From the NCBI GenBank assembly GCA_965219085.1, contig OZ244720.1, positions 1,376,001-1,440,000 of the forward strand: DNA of 64,000 bases, written 5' to 3'. The stretch comes from Dehalococcoidia bacterium. Lineage in GTDB: Bacteria; Chloroflexota; Dehalococcoidia; UBA2979. The position numbers and the translations under genes were made by a program. Shown one piece after another: positions 19,389 through 31,825 of the stretch (the first letter of the stretch is position 1; every line of letters starts with the position of its first letter). Under the pieces are notes generated by a model. It did no database searches. It was not told the DNA's origin and saw only the letters and a program-made list of their open reading frames with translations.

Positions 19389-21218
19389 ATGATCACGTTC
19401 GCGAACCCGCTCGCGCTGGTGTGGCTGCTCGCCGTCGCCCCGGCGGTGGCCGCCGCGTGGTACGCGTCGAGGCTACGCCAACGCGCCGACGAGGCGTTCG
19501 GCGGGGCCGCGGAGCTCCGGCTCGGGCGCAGCGGCTGGCGGCGTCCGCTGCAACTCGCGCTGCTGCTGGCCGCGCTCGTCCTCGCCGCCGTTGCGGTGGC
19601 GCGCCCGCAGTGGGGCGCCGAGGAGCGCGAGCTCACCCGCCTCGGCGTCGACGTGGCCGTCGCGCTCGACATCTCGCGGTCGATGACGGCCGACGACCTC
19701 GACCCCTCGCGCGCCGAGGCGGCCGCCGCCGGGCTCACCGAGATGCTCGCGCACCTGCGCGGTGACCGCGTCGGTCTCGTCACGTTCGCGGGCGAGGCGT
19801 TCCAGCGCTCGCCGCTCACGCTCGACCTCGAACCGCTCACGCAGCTGATCGCGCGCTCGCAGAACGAGGCGGCGCTCGTCGCGCAGGGCACGGATCTGGG
19901 CGGCGCGCTCACGGCAGCCCTCGACCTGCTGGACGTCGACGACCCGGCGGACACGCAGGTGATCGTACTCATCTCGGACGGCGAGGACGTCGCCGAGGGC
20001 TTCGAGCAAGCCCTGCTGCGTGCCAACGATCTGGGCGTCCGCGTCTACACCGTCGCCGTCGGCACACCCGAGGGCGGCTGGATGCCGGGCTCGCAGGACC
20101 GGCCGAGCTATGTGGACGTCGACACGCTGGGCGCCATCGCCACCCGCACCGGCGGCAACATGCGCACCCTCGACGCTATCGCGGGACTCGCCGTGGAGTT
20201 CCAGCGGCTGCGGCGCTCCGCATTCGACGAGGGCGCGAACAGCGCGCCGATCGACCGCTTCCAGTGGTTCCTCGCGGGTGCGCTCGTGTTGCTGCTCGCG
20301 CAGTCGTGGATCGCCGAGGGGGCGCGCACGGCGGCGCGCCTGCCAGACGCGCGCATCGTGCTCGCCGGCACCGGAGTGCTCGCGGCGTTACTCCTCGTCG
20401 GCTGCGGCAGCGCGGCGTACGAGGACGTGCGGCGCGGCAACGAGGCGTACGAGGAGGAAGCGTACGAGGGCGCGCTCGCCGCCTACCAGGGGGCCGCGGG
20501 CGATCCCTCCGAGTCCGAGGCGCCACCACCGATCGACTACAACATCGGCAACACGCTGCACCGCCTCGAACGCTACGAGGAGGCGACCGTCGCCACGACC
20601 GCGGCGCTGAACGCGACGGACGATCCGGTGCTCGTGGCCCGCGCCTCGTACGCCGTCGGCAACCACGCATTCCAGCGGGGCGACCTCGAGGCGGCTCGGG
20701 AGGCGTACATCGCCGTGCTGCTGCGCGATCCCGGCGACGTCGACGCAAAGCACAACCTCGAGCTCGTGCTGCGCCTGCTCGCGGGTGGGGAGCCGCCCCC
20801 GGCGGCGGGCCAGCAGCCGCCTCCCCCCGACCCTCCGGACAGCGACAACGAGGGCGACTCGGACGAGCAGGAGCAGGATCCGGGCGACGGCCCGGGCGAC
20901 CCGGGCGACCAGGAGCCCGAGGAAGACAGCGGCGGCGAGGGCGACCCGGGCGAGGAGGGCGACGAGCCTCCGACCGAGGGTGGCTCGGACATGCCGCCCG
21001 AGCAGGACCAGGACGGCACGCCCAGCGGTGACCAGCCGACCCCGCCGCGGAACCTCGACGAGGCGCGCGCGCAACTGTCGGAGGCACTGCTGGAACTCGG
21101 CGACACGCCGCTCTCGCTGGAGCAGGCCCTCGACATCCTCGACCTGGTGCGGATCGCGAACTCGCTGGAGGCGCTCGAGCCGCCGGAGCGGACGGGCGGC
21201 GCGCTCCCCGACCGATAA
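19389..21218 (+). CDS. VWA + TPR protein (BatB-BatC fusion) with acidic tail
   Basis: ARPQWG, DISRSM, ISDGED; TPRs (YNIGN, AKHNLEL); D/E/G/P-rich C-terminus. Confidence 0.88.
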   Translation: MITFANPLALVWLLAVAPAVAAAWYASRLRQRADEAFGGAAELRLGRSGWRRPLQLALLLAALVLAAVAVARPQWGAEERELTRLGVDVAVALDISRSMTADDLDPSRAEAAAAGLTEMLAHLRGDRVGLVTFAGEAFQRSPLTLDLEPLTQLIARSQNEAALVAQGTDLGGALTAALDLLDVDDPADTQVIVLISDGEDVAEGFEQALLRANDLGVRVYTVAVGTPEGGWMPGSQDRPSYVDVDTLGAIATRTGGNMRTLDAIAGLAVEFQRLRRSAFDEGANSAPIDRFQWFLAGALVLLLAQSWIAEGARTAARLPDARIVLAGTGVLAALLLVGCGSAAYEDVRRGNEAYEEEAYEGALAAYQGAAGDPSESEAPPPIDYNIGNTLHRLERYEEATVATTAALNATDDPVLVARASYAVGNHAFQRGDLEAAREAYIAVLLRDPGDVDAKHNLELVLRLLAGGEPPPAAGQQPPPPDPPDSDNEGDSDEQEQDPGDGPGDPGDQEPEEDSGGEGDPGEEGDEPPTEGGSDMPPEQDQDGTPSGDQPTPPRNLDEARAQLSEALLELGDTPLSLEQALDILDLVRIANSLEALEPPERTGGALPDR

Positions 21219-21368
21219 CATATGTACGCCTCCAACGTATGATCGCCACGGACGCGATGTTGTGGCTATACTGCACGGACGAAGGTTGCTCGACACGACC
21301 TTCCGTCGGTATGTCGCTCCCACCGTGATCGCCAGGACCCTCTACCATGGGTCACGGGAGAACGGGCT

Positions 21369-21620
21369 ATGGCCAGACCAACGTTCGACACGCTGCGCGC
21401 GGTGCGGAAGCTCCGAGGCTCCGGCATGGACGAAGAGCCCGCGGGGGCGGTAGTGGAAGTCGTCGGAGACGCCACGAGCCCCCTCGTCACACTGGAAATG
21501 CTTCAATCGGAGTTCCGGGCGCAGCAGCTTCGGCTTGGCGGCATGTTTGTGGTCGCCACGGGGATCATCCTCGCGGCGTTGGCCATAGCGGCGGGAGCCG
21601 TGATCCAGGCTATCGGCTAG
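21369..21620 (+). CDS. Small DUF1640/CCDC90-like protein with C-terminal TM
   Basis: FDTL.A...L...G....A.A motif, short coiled region, hydrophobic C-terminus; GGGAG RBS. Confidence 0.65.
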   Translation: MARPTFDTLRAVRKLRGSGMDEEPAGAVVEVVGDATSPLVTLEMLQSEFRAQQLRLGGMFVVATGIILAALAIAAGAVIQAIG

Positions 21621-21651
21621 AACAGCCGCGCCGCCATCCCGAACGAACCCG

Positions 21652-24096
21652 CTACCCGGCCGACCCGCGTCGCCGCAGCCGGAACGGGCGCAGCAGCGCA
21701 AGGCGGACGAGCCGGTTGCGGACATCCCGGTACGCGCGGTCCAGGCGTTCCAACTCTCCGTCGTCGTCGCCGCCGCCGTCGCCGATCGCGCGGCCGTATC
21801 GCTCGCGCGTGAACGAGCGCGCGAGCTGGGCGACGGGCTCGCCGACCTCGATCGCGCGGCCGACGGAGGCCGCGGACTCCAGCGGCGTGCGGTCCGGGCC
21901 GGGCGAGATCCCGGCCCAGATGGACAGGCGCTGCACCTTCGCCCAGCGCTGCGTCGCAGGCGCGAGCCGACGATAGGGGTACGCCCAGGCGAGGCTCACG
22001 AGGAAGTACAGCGCGGAGAGCGCGGCGACGATCGCGAGCAGCCACAGCATGGGCGTCGCGAAGTCCAGGCCAGCGGCATCGGCACCCGCTCCACCCCGCT
22101 CCGGGGCGGCCAGGTCTTCCTCGTCGCCGAAGGCGTCGGCCTCCAGGAGCAGCAGCTCGTCCGTGCCCTCCGCGATCGTGAGCGGGTCCTCTTCGTCCAG
22201 ACCGAACGCCTGCGGGCCGGGCCGCAACACCTTCGCGCGCAGCGGTGTGGGGTTGAACTCGACCCAGCCGAGGCCGGGGAAGTAGACCTCCGGCCACGTC
22301 CACGAGTCCTCCTCGGTGAGCACGTAGGTCTCCGTCTCGTCGTCGTAGACGTGCTCGCCGACGAAGAAGCCGACGGCGACGCGGGCGGGGTAGCCGAGCG
22401 CGCGCATCATCACGGCCATCGCCGAGGCGTGATGGTCGAAGTAGCCCTCGCGCGATTCGAACAGGAAGTAGTCCACGGGGTCGCGGCGCGGCGGCTGGTC
22501 GTCGACCTTGAGGTTGAAGCCGTAGTTCGTGCGCAGGTAGTTCTCGATCTGGAACGCAGCCACGTACGGCGACTCGGTATTCCCCGCGATGTCGAACGCC
22601 AGCTCGCGTACGCGGTCCGGCAGGCTGTCGGGGAGCTGCAGGTAGCGCTCCGTCACCCATGCCGGGTAGTCCGTGCCCGCGCCGACGAGGATCTCCGGGT
22701 TGGCTGCGGAAACGGTGCCGACGGTCACATACGAGTCTCCGGATTTGACGCGCTCCTCGGGCTGCAACGCCGCGAGGTCCGCTGCCGAGGGCCCCGTCAC
22801 GGCCTCCGCCTCGATGTCCGTCGCGAGGGGGTCGCCGGCCGAGAGCAGGCGGCGGTCCGACAGCGGACGGATCACCTCGATCCGGGTCACGACGGGGCGG
22901 CGTAGCTGCGTGCGGGTCTCGGGCGTGCCGAAGCTCGCGGCCTCGATGGTCGTGCCGGGCAGCGGCTCGCGGTCGGTCTCGGACAGCTGCCAGCCGGCGC
23001 GCGTGTACTCGTCGAACGCGGTGGCGCGCAGGTGCAGGAACTCGTCGGCGCGCAGTAGCTCGTTCGACGGCAGCGAGACGACGTACATCGGGTCGTCCTC
23101 GAGCTTGACGCGGCCCTGCAGCGGCAAGGCGCTGTCGAAGTGGTGGATGAGGTTGCCGCGCTTCGAGTCGATGCCGAGGAACACCTGGCCGAAGCGGTCG
23201 ACGCGGTCGGTGACGGGCTGGGTGAGGCGCTCCCACCCCGCGGAGACCCGGTCGAGCTCCCCGGCGGTCGGGACGAGCCAGGAGGCGAGGATGAGCAGCA
23301 CCGCGACCCACGCTCCGGCGTGCAGCACCTCGAGCGACAGCAGCTGCGGCAGCGCGGCCCGCTGGCCCTCCCAGCGCGTCACCGTGCGCAGCAACTGGAG
23401 GCGCGTGAAGAGCAGGATCGCCGCGAACAGGAACAGGATGAACGCGATCGAGGGCTGACCCGGCAGGTAGGAGATGTTGGTGAGGATGCCCACCCCGGCC
23501 GGCACGAGCGCGAGCCACGGGTTGCGCCAGCGGAACACGGCCCACCCCGACAGGTACGGCACGATCCACGTGACGAACACCATCAGCAGCACGAACGGCA
23601 GCGGGTCCGAGGAGACGCCGCCGAAGATCAGCGCCCCGCCCCAGTCCTTGAGGCGCGCCCACAGCTCCGACCAGCGCGCGACGATTCCCCCGGTGGTGAG
23701 CGGGTCGGCGAGCTCCATGGTGTGCATGACCATCGCGACGGAGGCGAGCGCGCCGAACGCGAGTCCGGCGGGGAACAGCCACCACGCCGACCAGCGCACG
23801 CGGGCGAGGGCCGCGCGCCCAGCCGGGCTGTACGCGAACCACGGCGCTGACCCACGCATCCGCGCGAGCGCGGCGCCCACCAGGAGCCCGCCCCACGCCG
23901 CGACCGTGAGGCTCGGCATCTCGTCGACCCAGTTGGCGTTCGCGATCGAGAGGGCGAAGGCGGTCTGGCTCGCCGCCAGCAACACGAAGGTGAGGATGTC
24001 CTCCCAGTACGCGAAGGCGACCGTCCGGTCCCCCTCGGCGATGAGGTCGGAGAGGCCGCGCCGCCCCTGCCCCGCCGGGATGCCGGTGGCGGTCAC
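21652..24096 (-). CDS. Membrane transglutaminase-like protein (TgpA type)
   Basis: Multi-TM N-terminus; REGYFDHHASAMAVMMRALGYPARVAVGF, WPEVYFPGLGWVEFNPTP; GTG overlapping the DUF58 stop. Confidence 0.88.
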   Translation of the reverse strand: MTATGIPAGQGRRGLSDLIAEGDRTVAFAYWEDILTFVLLAASQTAFALSIANANWVDEMPSLTVAAWGGLLVGAALARMRGSAPWFAYSPAGRAALARVRWSAWWLFPAGLAFGALASVAMVMHTMELADPLTTGGIVARWSELWARLKDWGGALIFGGVSSDPLPFVLLMVFVTWIVPYLSGWAVFRWRNPWLALVPAGVGILTNISYLPGQPSIAFILFLFAAILLFTRLQLLRTVTRWEGQRAALPQLLSLEVLHAGAWVAVLLILASWLVPTAGELDRVSAGWERLTQPVTDRVDRFGQVFLGIDSKRGNLIHHFDSALPLQGRVKLEDDPMYVVSLPSNELLRADEFLHLRATAFDEYTRAGWQLSETDREPLPGTTIEAASFGTPETRTQLRRPVVTRIEVIRPLSDRRLLSAGDPLATDIEAEAVTGPSAADLAALQPEERVKSGDSYVTVGTVSAANPEILVGAGTDYPAWVTERYLQLPDSLPDRVRELAFDIAGNTESPYVAAFQIENYLRTNYGFNLKVDDQPPRRDPVDYFLFESREGYFDHHASAMAVMMRALGYPARVAVGFFVGEHVYDDETETYVLTEEDSWTWPEVYFPGLGWVEFNPTPLRAKVLRPGPQAFGLDEEDPLTIAEGTDELLLLEADAFGDEEDLAAPERGGAGADAAGLDFATPMLWLLAIVAALSALYFLVSLAWAYPYRRLAPATQRWAKVQRLSIWAGISPGPDRTPLESAASVGRAIEVGEPVAQLARSFTRERYGRAIGDGGGDDDGELERLDRAYRDVRNRLVRLALLRPFRLRRRGSAG

Positions 24097-25373
24097 AGCG
24101 GCGACGCCGGGCCGGCGGGCGCGCCGGTCTCGGGATTCGGCGCGCTCGTGGCGGCGCTGAGCACGTGCACGAGGTCGTCGCCGAGCTTCACCGTGTAGGT
24201 GTAGACGCCGCCGGCGGTGAGCGTGCCGTAGACATCGAGGGAACTGCGCTCGCTGCCGAAGGTCTCGCCCTCGAGCAGCACGGCGGCCACCTTCACGCCG
24301 CGCGATGCGAGCGACATGAGCGCCAGCGCCCACGCGTCGTCGGGCGACGGCGTGACCGCGACAACGGTGGTGTGCCGCCCGAAGTTGCGCTGCTCCTCCA
24401 GCAGCAGGTGGTCGAACGGCACCTCGCCGACCGAGCGCGCGAGCGCGAGCGTTTCGAGGATGCGCGTGTAGTGGTTCGCTCCCCGTTCGGGCTCGTCGAC
24501 GCGCAGGTCGTCGCCGTAGGCAATGAGTCCGACGGAGCGGTTGGCGGTGATGAAGTAGCGCGCGATCGAGGCGGCGACCATGACCGCCGTCTCCTCGGTG
24601 CCGTCATCGCCCTCGCCGACGTGCACCTCGTCCTGGAGGTCGAGCAGGACCCAGACGTCGGAGGCGGGGTCGAGCTCGAAGAGCTTGACCATGAGGTTGC
24701 CGGTACGCGCGGTCGCCGGCCAGTGGACGCGGCTAAACGAGTCGCCGGGCTCGTAGGCGCGGATGCCCGCGACATTGGGGGTCACGTTGTGCGTGCGACG
24801 CCGGAAGCGCCCATCGCCGGGCAGGCTCGCCGGCGGCAGGTACAGCCCGGGCAGCTCGGGCGCGTTCGGGTAGACGAGCACCTCGACCTCCTCGCCGAAG
24901 GTGCGCGACATGCGGAAGAAGCCGAACGGGTCGGCCGAGGTGATCGTGATCGGGCCGAGCGTGTAGAGCCCTCGGCGCAGCGTGGGGGTCTGGTAGCGCC
25001 ACACGTCGATGCCGTGGGAGCCGAGCGTCACGACGCGGTTCGTGATATGGCCTGGCATGTCGGAGGCGTCTTCGACCTCCAGCCAGATCTTCGGGAGACG
25101 GGCGCCCGAGCGGATCACCACCCGGCCTTCGAGGTCGCTGCCGCGGGTGACGCGTCGGTCGCGGCGCAGCACGTCCACCTCGATGTTGCGGATCATCGAG
25201 CGGTTCCAGAAGTAGAGGATCGGCACGCCGATGAAGATCACGTAGGCGAGGCGGAACAGCAGCCAGAACCCGGTGGCGAGGCCGATCGCGATGCAGATCA
25301 GCGCGACACCGATCGCGACGGTGACGTTGGGGCGTCGGCGGGGTGCGGCCGCGAGCCACACGAGCCAGCGCAC
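24093..25373 (-). CDS. DUF58 family protein
   Basis: RRG.Y.LGP, DPFG, IRAYEPGD..RVHWPATAR. Confidence 0.92.
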   Translation of the reverse strand: MRWLVWLAAAPRRRPNVTVAIGVALICIAIGLATGFWLLFRLAYVIFIGVPILYFWNRSMIRNIEVDVLRRDRRVTRGSDLEGRVVIRSGARLPKIWLEVEDASDMPGHITNRVVTLGSHGIDVWRYQTPTLRRGLYTLGPITITSADPFGFFRMSRTFGEEVEVLVYPNAPELPGLYLPPASLPGDGRFRRRTHNVTPNVAGIRAYEPGDSFSRVHWPATARTGNLMVKLFELDPASDVWVLLDLQDEVHVGEGDDGTEETAVMVAASIARYFITANRSVGLIAYGDDLRVDEPERGANHYTRILETLALARSVGEVPFDHLLLEEQRNFGRHTTVVAVTPSPDDAWALALMSLASRGVKVAAVLLEGETFGSERSSLDVYGTLTAGGVYTYTVKLGDDLVHVLSAATSAPNPETGAPAGPASPL

Positions 25374-25380
25374 GGGCTGC

Positions 25381-26340
<960 letters not shown>

Positions 26341-26426
26341 GCACTCCAGTGACGCGATGCTGTGGGACGGCGACGAGGCCGAGCGTCAGTATAGCAACTC
26401 GCCAGTACCGCGCTGACAGGGGCGCG

Positions 26427-27395
26427 TCAGGCGCGTCCGGTGACCGCGCCCCACTCCCCGTCGAGCTCGCTCACCACGTCGTGCAGGCCGGCCGCGCGGG
26501 CGGCGGCCTCGACTTCCGCGACTGCCTCGGCAAGGAACCCGCCCGCCACGAGGACACCGCCCGACCGTAGCGCCGCCACGGCACCCGGGAGCAGACCGGT
26601 CACCGCCTCGAGCGAGATGTTCATCACCACACAGTCGTACGCGCCCCGCGCCGGCGTGGCCCACGGCCACGCCGCGCCCAGTGAACCCTCGAGCCCGTTG
26701 ATGCGGTCACCGAGGCCGTTGCGTGCCGCGTTCTCGCGGGCGGCTGCGACCGCCACCGGATCGGTGTCGAGCGCGTCGACGCGGGCCGCGCCCAGGCGAG
26801 CGGCTGCCAGCGCGAGGATCCCCGAGCCCGTCCCCACGTCGAGCACTGCCTCGCCGGGCCGTATGAGGCGATCGAGTGCCGCGAGGCAGAGCCGTGTCGT
26901 GCCGTGCTGCCCCGTGCCGAACGCACGGCCGGGGTCGAGCGTGATCACGAGGTCGCCGGGCCGCACGTCGGCGGTCTCGTCCCACGAGGGCTGCACGAGC
27001 AGCCGCCCGACACGCAGCGGGTGGTGGAAGCGCTTCCACTCCTCGGCCCAGTCGGCCTCGCGCACCTCGGCGTAACGGAGGCGCGCCAGCGGTGTGCCGA
27101 GGGGGAGCGCGGCGAGGCGGCGGCGGATCGCCCGGCGCTGCGACGGAGCGAGCGGCGCGTGGAAGAACGCGCGCACGGTGGCTTCCTCGCCGGTGAGTTC
27201 GAGGCCGAAGCGCTCCGGCTCAACGTTGCGGAACGGCGCATCCATCGACGCGCCGCCGGGCGCGATCACCGCGAGCACGTCGGCGACGATCTCCGCGTCG
27301 GCGGCCGGGAGGCGCAGTGACAGCTGGATCCACGCGTCATCGGGCGCGACCGCGTCGGGCGGGGTGGGGGCGTCGCCGGATGGGGACGACGGCAT
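26427..27395 (-). CDS. prmA: Ribosomal protein L11 methyltransferase
   Basis: DWAEEWK, LDPGRAFGTGQHGTT, LDVGTGSGILA; downstream of dnaJ. Confidence 0.93.
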   Translation of the reverse strand: MPSSPSGDAPTPPDAVAPDDAWIQLSLRLPAADAEIVADVLAVIAPGGASMDAPFRNVEPERFGLELTGEEATVRAFFHAPLAPSQRRAIRRRLAALPLGTPLARLRYAEVREADWAEEWKRFHHPLRVGRLLVQPSWDETADVRPGDLVITLDPGRAFGTGQHGTTRLCLAALDRLIRPGEAVLDVGTGSGILALAAARLGAARVDALDTDPVAVAAARENAARNGLGDRINGLEGSLGAAWPWATPARGAYDCVVMNISLEAVTGLLPGAVAALRSGGVLVAGGFLAEAVAEVEAAARAAGLHDVVSELDGEWGAVTGRA

Positions 27396-27401
27396 GGGCG
27401 G

Positions 27402-28520
27402 CTAGGTGAAGGCCTCCCGCAGGCGGTCCAGGAAGCTGCGCTCGCTGTCCGGCACCGCGGGGGTGCCGAGCGACTCGGCGAGCTGTTCGAGCAGCTCGCG
27501 CTGCTCGTCGGTGATCTTCGTGGGCGTCACCACGTGGGTGTGCACCAGCAGGTCGCCGCGGCCGCTGCCACGCAGGTGAGGCACGCCGTAGCCGCGGACG
27601 GTGAACACGTGCCCCGGCTGGGTGCCCGGGGGCACCTCGAGCGGCACGGGCCCGCCGCCGATGGTCGGCACCTCGACATCCGCGCCGAGCGCGGCCTGCG
27701 CGGGGTTCAGCGGGAGCTCGTATACGAGGTGGTTGCGCTGGCGGCTGAACTGCTCGTGCGGCTCCACCTCGATCTCGAGGTAGACGTTGCCGGCGGGGCC
27801 GCGGCGCTGGCCGGCGTCACCTTCGCCGCTGAGGCGGATCTGGTGCTCCTCGTCCACGCCGGCTGGGACGTTGACCACGCGCGAGACGTGCTCGCGGCGC
27901 AGGCCGCGGCCGCGACACTCGCCGCACGGCTCGGAGACGACCTCGCCGTCGCCGTCGCAGCGCGCGCAGAGCGCGGCGTTGACGAAGCGGCCGAACAGCG
28001 ACTCCTGGACGCGGCGCACCTCGCCCTGCCCGTTGCACTCGGGGCAGGTGACGGGCTTCGTGCCCGGCGCGCCACCGCTGCCGCGGCACTCCTCGCAGCG
28101 CGCGACGCGGTCGAACTCGATCTCCTGCTCGGCGCCGAAGACCGCCTCCTCGAGCGAGATGTGCAGCGTCGCGCGGCGGTCGGCGCCGCGCTGTGGGCCG
28201 GGGCGGCGGGTGGCGGTGCCGTTGAAGAAGGCGTCGAAGATGTCGCCGAAGCCGCCGAACCCCTCGAAGCCGGAGAAGCCGTGCTGCCCGCCGCCGTTGA
28301 GGCCGTTGATGCCGAAGCGGTCGTAGGTGCGGCGCTTCTCCTCGTCGGAGAGGACGTTGTAGGCGGCGGAGATCTCCTTGAAGCGATCCTCGGCGCCGTC
28401 GCTCTTGTTGCGATCGGGGTGGTATTCCATCGCGAGCTTGCGGAAGGCGCGCTTGATCTCCTCCTGCGAAGCATCGCGGGAGACCCCGAGGGCGGCGTAG
28501 AGGTCGGCGTTGGCGTTCAT
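27402..28520 (-). CDS. dnaJ: Chaperone DnaJ
   Basis: J-domain HPD, G/F region, four CxxCxGxG zinc repeats. Confidence 0.97.
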   Translation of the reverse strand: MNANADLYAALGVSRDASQEEIKRAFRKLAMEYHPDRNKSDGAEDRFKEISAAYNVLSDEEKRRTYDRFGINGLNGGGQHGFSGFEGFGGFGDIFDAFFNGTATRRPGPQRGADRRATLHISLEEAVFGAEQEIEFDRVARCEECRGSGGAPGTKPVTCPECNGQGEVRRVQESLFGRFVNAALCARCDGDGEVVSEPCGECRGRGLRREHVSRVVNVPAGVDEEHQIRLSGEGDAGQRRGPAGNVYLEIEVEPHEQFSRQRNHLVYELPLNPAQAALGADVEVPTIGGGPVPLEVPPGTQPGHVFTVRGYGVPHLRGSGRGDLLVHTHVVTPTKITDEQRELLEQLAESLGTPAVPDSERSFLDRLREAFT

Positions 28521-28529
28521 CGATCAGTC

Positions 28530-28535
28530 AGTTTA
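28530..28535 (-). promoter_or_regulatory. Possible -10 element giving dnaJ its own near-leaderless transcript
   Basis: TAAACT 9 nt upstream of the dnaJ ATG; same hexamer as the thrB promoter; no RBS visible. Confidence 0.35.
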
Positions 28536-28674
28536 CGTGCTCCGGCCGCTGGCCGCCCTGCCCCCCTCACGGAAGCCTGTCGGCGAGGCAGCCGGTAAAA
28601 GTCTTCGCTCCATTTGGACCGAATTGAAGCGTAGACTTTCCGTCCGGCCGCGTCGCCGCTCCGTGCACCGGGGC

Positions 28675-29676
28675 TCACGCCGTGCCTCGAACGTACCGCG
28701 TCGTGAGGTAGTCCTCTACCCAGTTGCTCGTGCTGCGCCACTGCCCATCGGCGCCACGCGTCGCTTGCAGCCGCCCCCGCGCCGCGGCTTGCCGCAACGC
28801 GGAGTGCGACATCCGCTCATCAGCCAGCGCAGCGAGCGGCACGAGCCGGCCGGGGCCCGCAACCGCTGGGATGATGAACTTGTAGAGGTTGTCGAGTATG
28901 GCACGCGCGATCAGCTCCCCGAGCGGGCCGATGTCGCCGCGATCGGCCCTGCGGAGGGCGTCCAGATACGAATTGCGCTGGTTCTTGTAGATGATCGCGG
29001 GCGGGTAGCCGAGCCGGACGAGGAGCAGGTTCAGCACGAGCCGCCCCGTGCGCCCGTTGCCGTCGAGGAACGGATGGATCCGCTCGAACCGGCAGTGCAG
29101 GTCGGCTACGACTTCTGGGAAGTGCTCGGAGTCTGGCCGGAGACGGCTCACATCGGTGATCCAGTCCGTCATGAGCGACGGTACATCCGTCCACGCAGGG
29201 GGCTTCATGCCTCCCGGGAACGGGTGGATGTCGTGACGACGGTAGGCTCCGGGACCCTCATCGAAGCCAGCATCGGGGTGCGGCGCGACATCCCAGACGG
29301 GCTCCAGGGCGACCTCGTGGACACGCCGTACTTCAGTCAGCGATACCCACTCGCCAGCCGACCAGTCGCCGGGCTCGATGGCCTGACCGTAGACCCAGTT
29401 GGCTGCGTTCGCGTAGCCGTGCACCTCCATGTACTCGCGGAGTTCCTTGTCACCGACGGCGCGCCCTTCACCGAGCAGGGCCTCTACCTGCCTCAGGACA
29501 AGGGTGTTGCCCTCGATGGCGGTCGAGTGATGCGCCTCCTCGAACCAGATACCGCGCCAGATGTCGGAAGCCTCGAGGCGGTTCGGGAGCCCGCCCATGC
29601 GGTTCCACAACTCGTCGATCTGCGTCTCGAGCCGAGCATAGACGGAACTTCGTGACGGCCGACCAGGGCGCGTCAT
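28675..29676 (-). CDS. Fic family protein (class II, FICD-like) with C-terminal HTH-like extension
   Basis: Inhibitory STAIEGN motif; catalytic HPFLDGNGRTGR; C-terminal ALRQAAARGRLQA...GQW. Confidence 0.92.
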   Translation of the reverse strand: MTRPGRPSRSSVYARLETQIDELWNRMGGLPNRLEASDIWRGIWFEEAHHSTAIEGNTLVLRQVEALLGEGRAVGDKELREYMEVHGYANAANWVYGQAIEPGDWSAGEWVSLTEVRRVHEVALEPVWDVAPHPDAGFDEGPGAYRRHDIHPFPGGMKPPAWTDVPSLMTDWITDVSRLRPDSEHFPEVVADLHCRFERIHPFLDGNGRTGRLVLNLLLVRLGYPPAIIYKNQRNSYLDALRRADRGDIGPLGELIARAILDNLYKFIIPAVAGPGRLVPLAALADERMSHSALRQAAARGRLQATRGADGQWRSTSNWVEDYLTTRYVRGTA

Positions 29677-29709
29677 CCGGCCTCCCTCGAAGTTGATGAG
29701 TCTACCCCT

Positions 29710-29792
29710 GTGCTAAATGCACCGCACACTTTGCCTGGCCAGAAAGTGTGCGCTGTAGCCCGTGCTAAATACACCGCACACTTTCGCACACT
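29710..29792. repeat. Direct and inverted repeat array upstream of fic
   Basis: GTGCTAAAT(G/A)CACCGCACACTTT at 29710-29732 and 29762-29784 (22/23 identical); inverted copy AAAGTGTGCGCTGTA at 29743-29757; partial CGCACACT at 29785-29792. Confidence 0.85.
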
Positions 29793-29827
29793 CGTGCTGG
29801 CGCTGACCCTCGTCGCGCCGCGCACGC

Positions 29828-31744
<1,917 letters not shown>

Positions 31745-31825
31745 GGTGTCTCCTCCTTGATGCGTTGGTTGCTGACTGGCTCGTTGGTTGCATGCGCCGC
31801 CGGGCGGTGCCCTCGCGCGGCGCGG

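Noticed and set aside
29710-29792. Repeats as a mini CRISPR array
   Set aside because: Only two direct copies, the spacer itself contains an inverted copy of the repeat, and no cas genes are present
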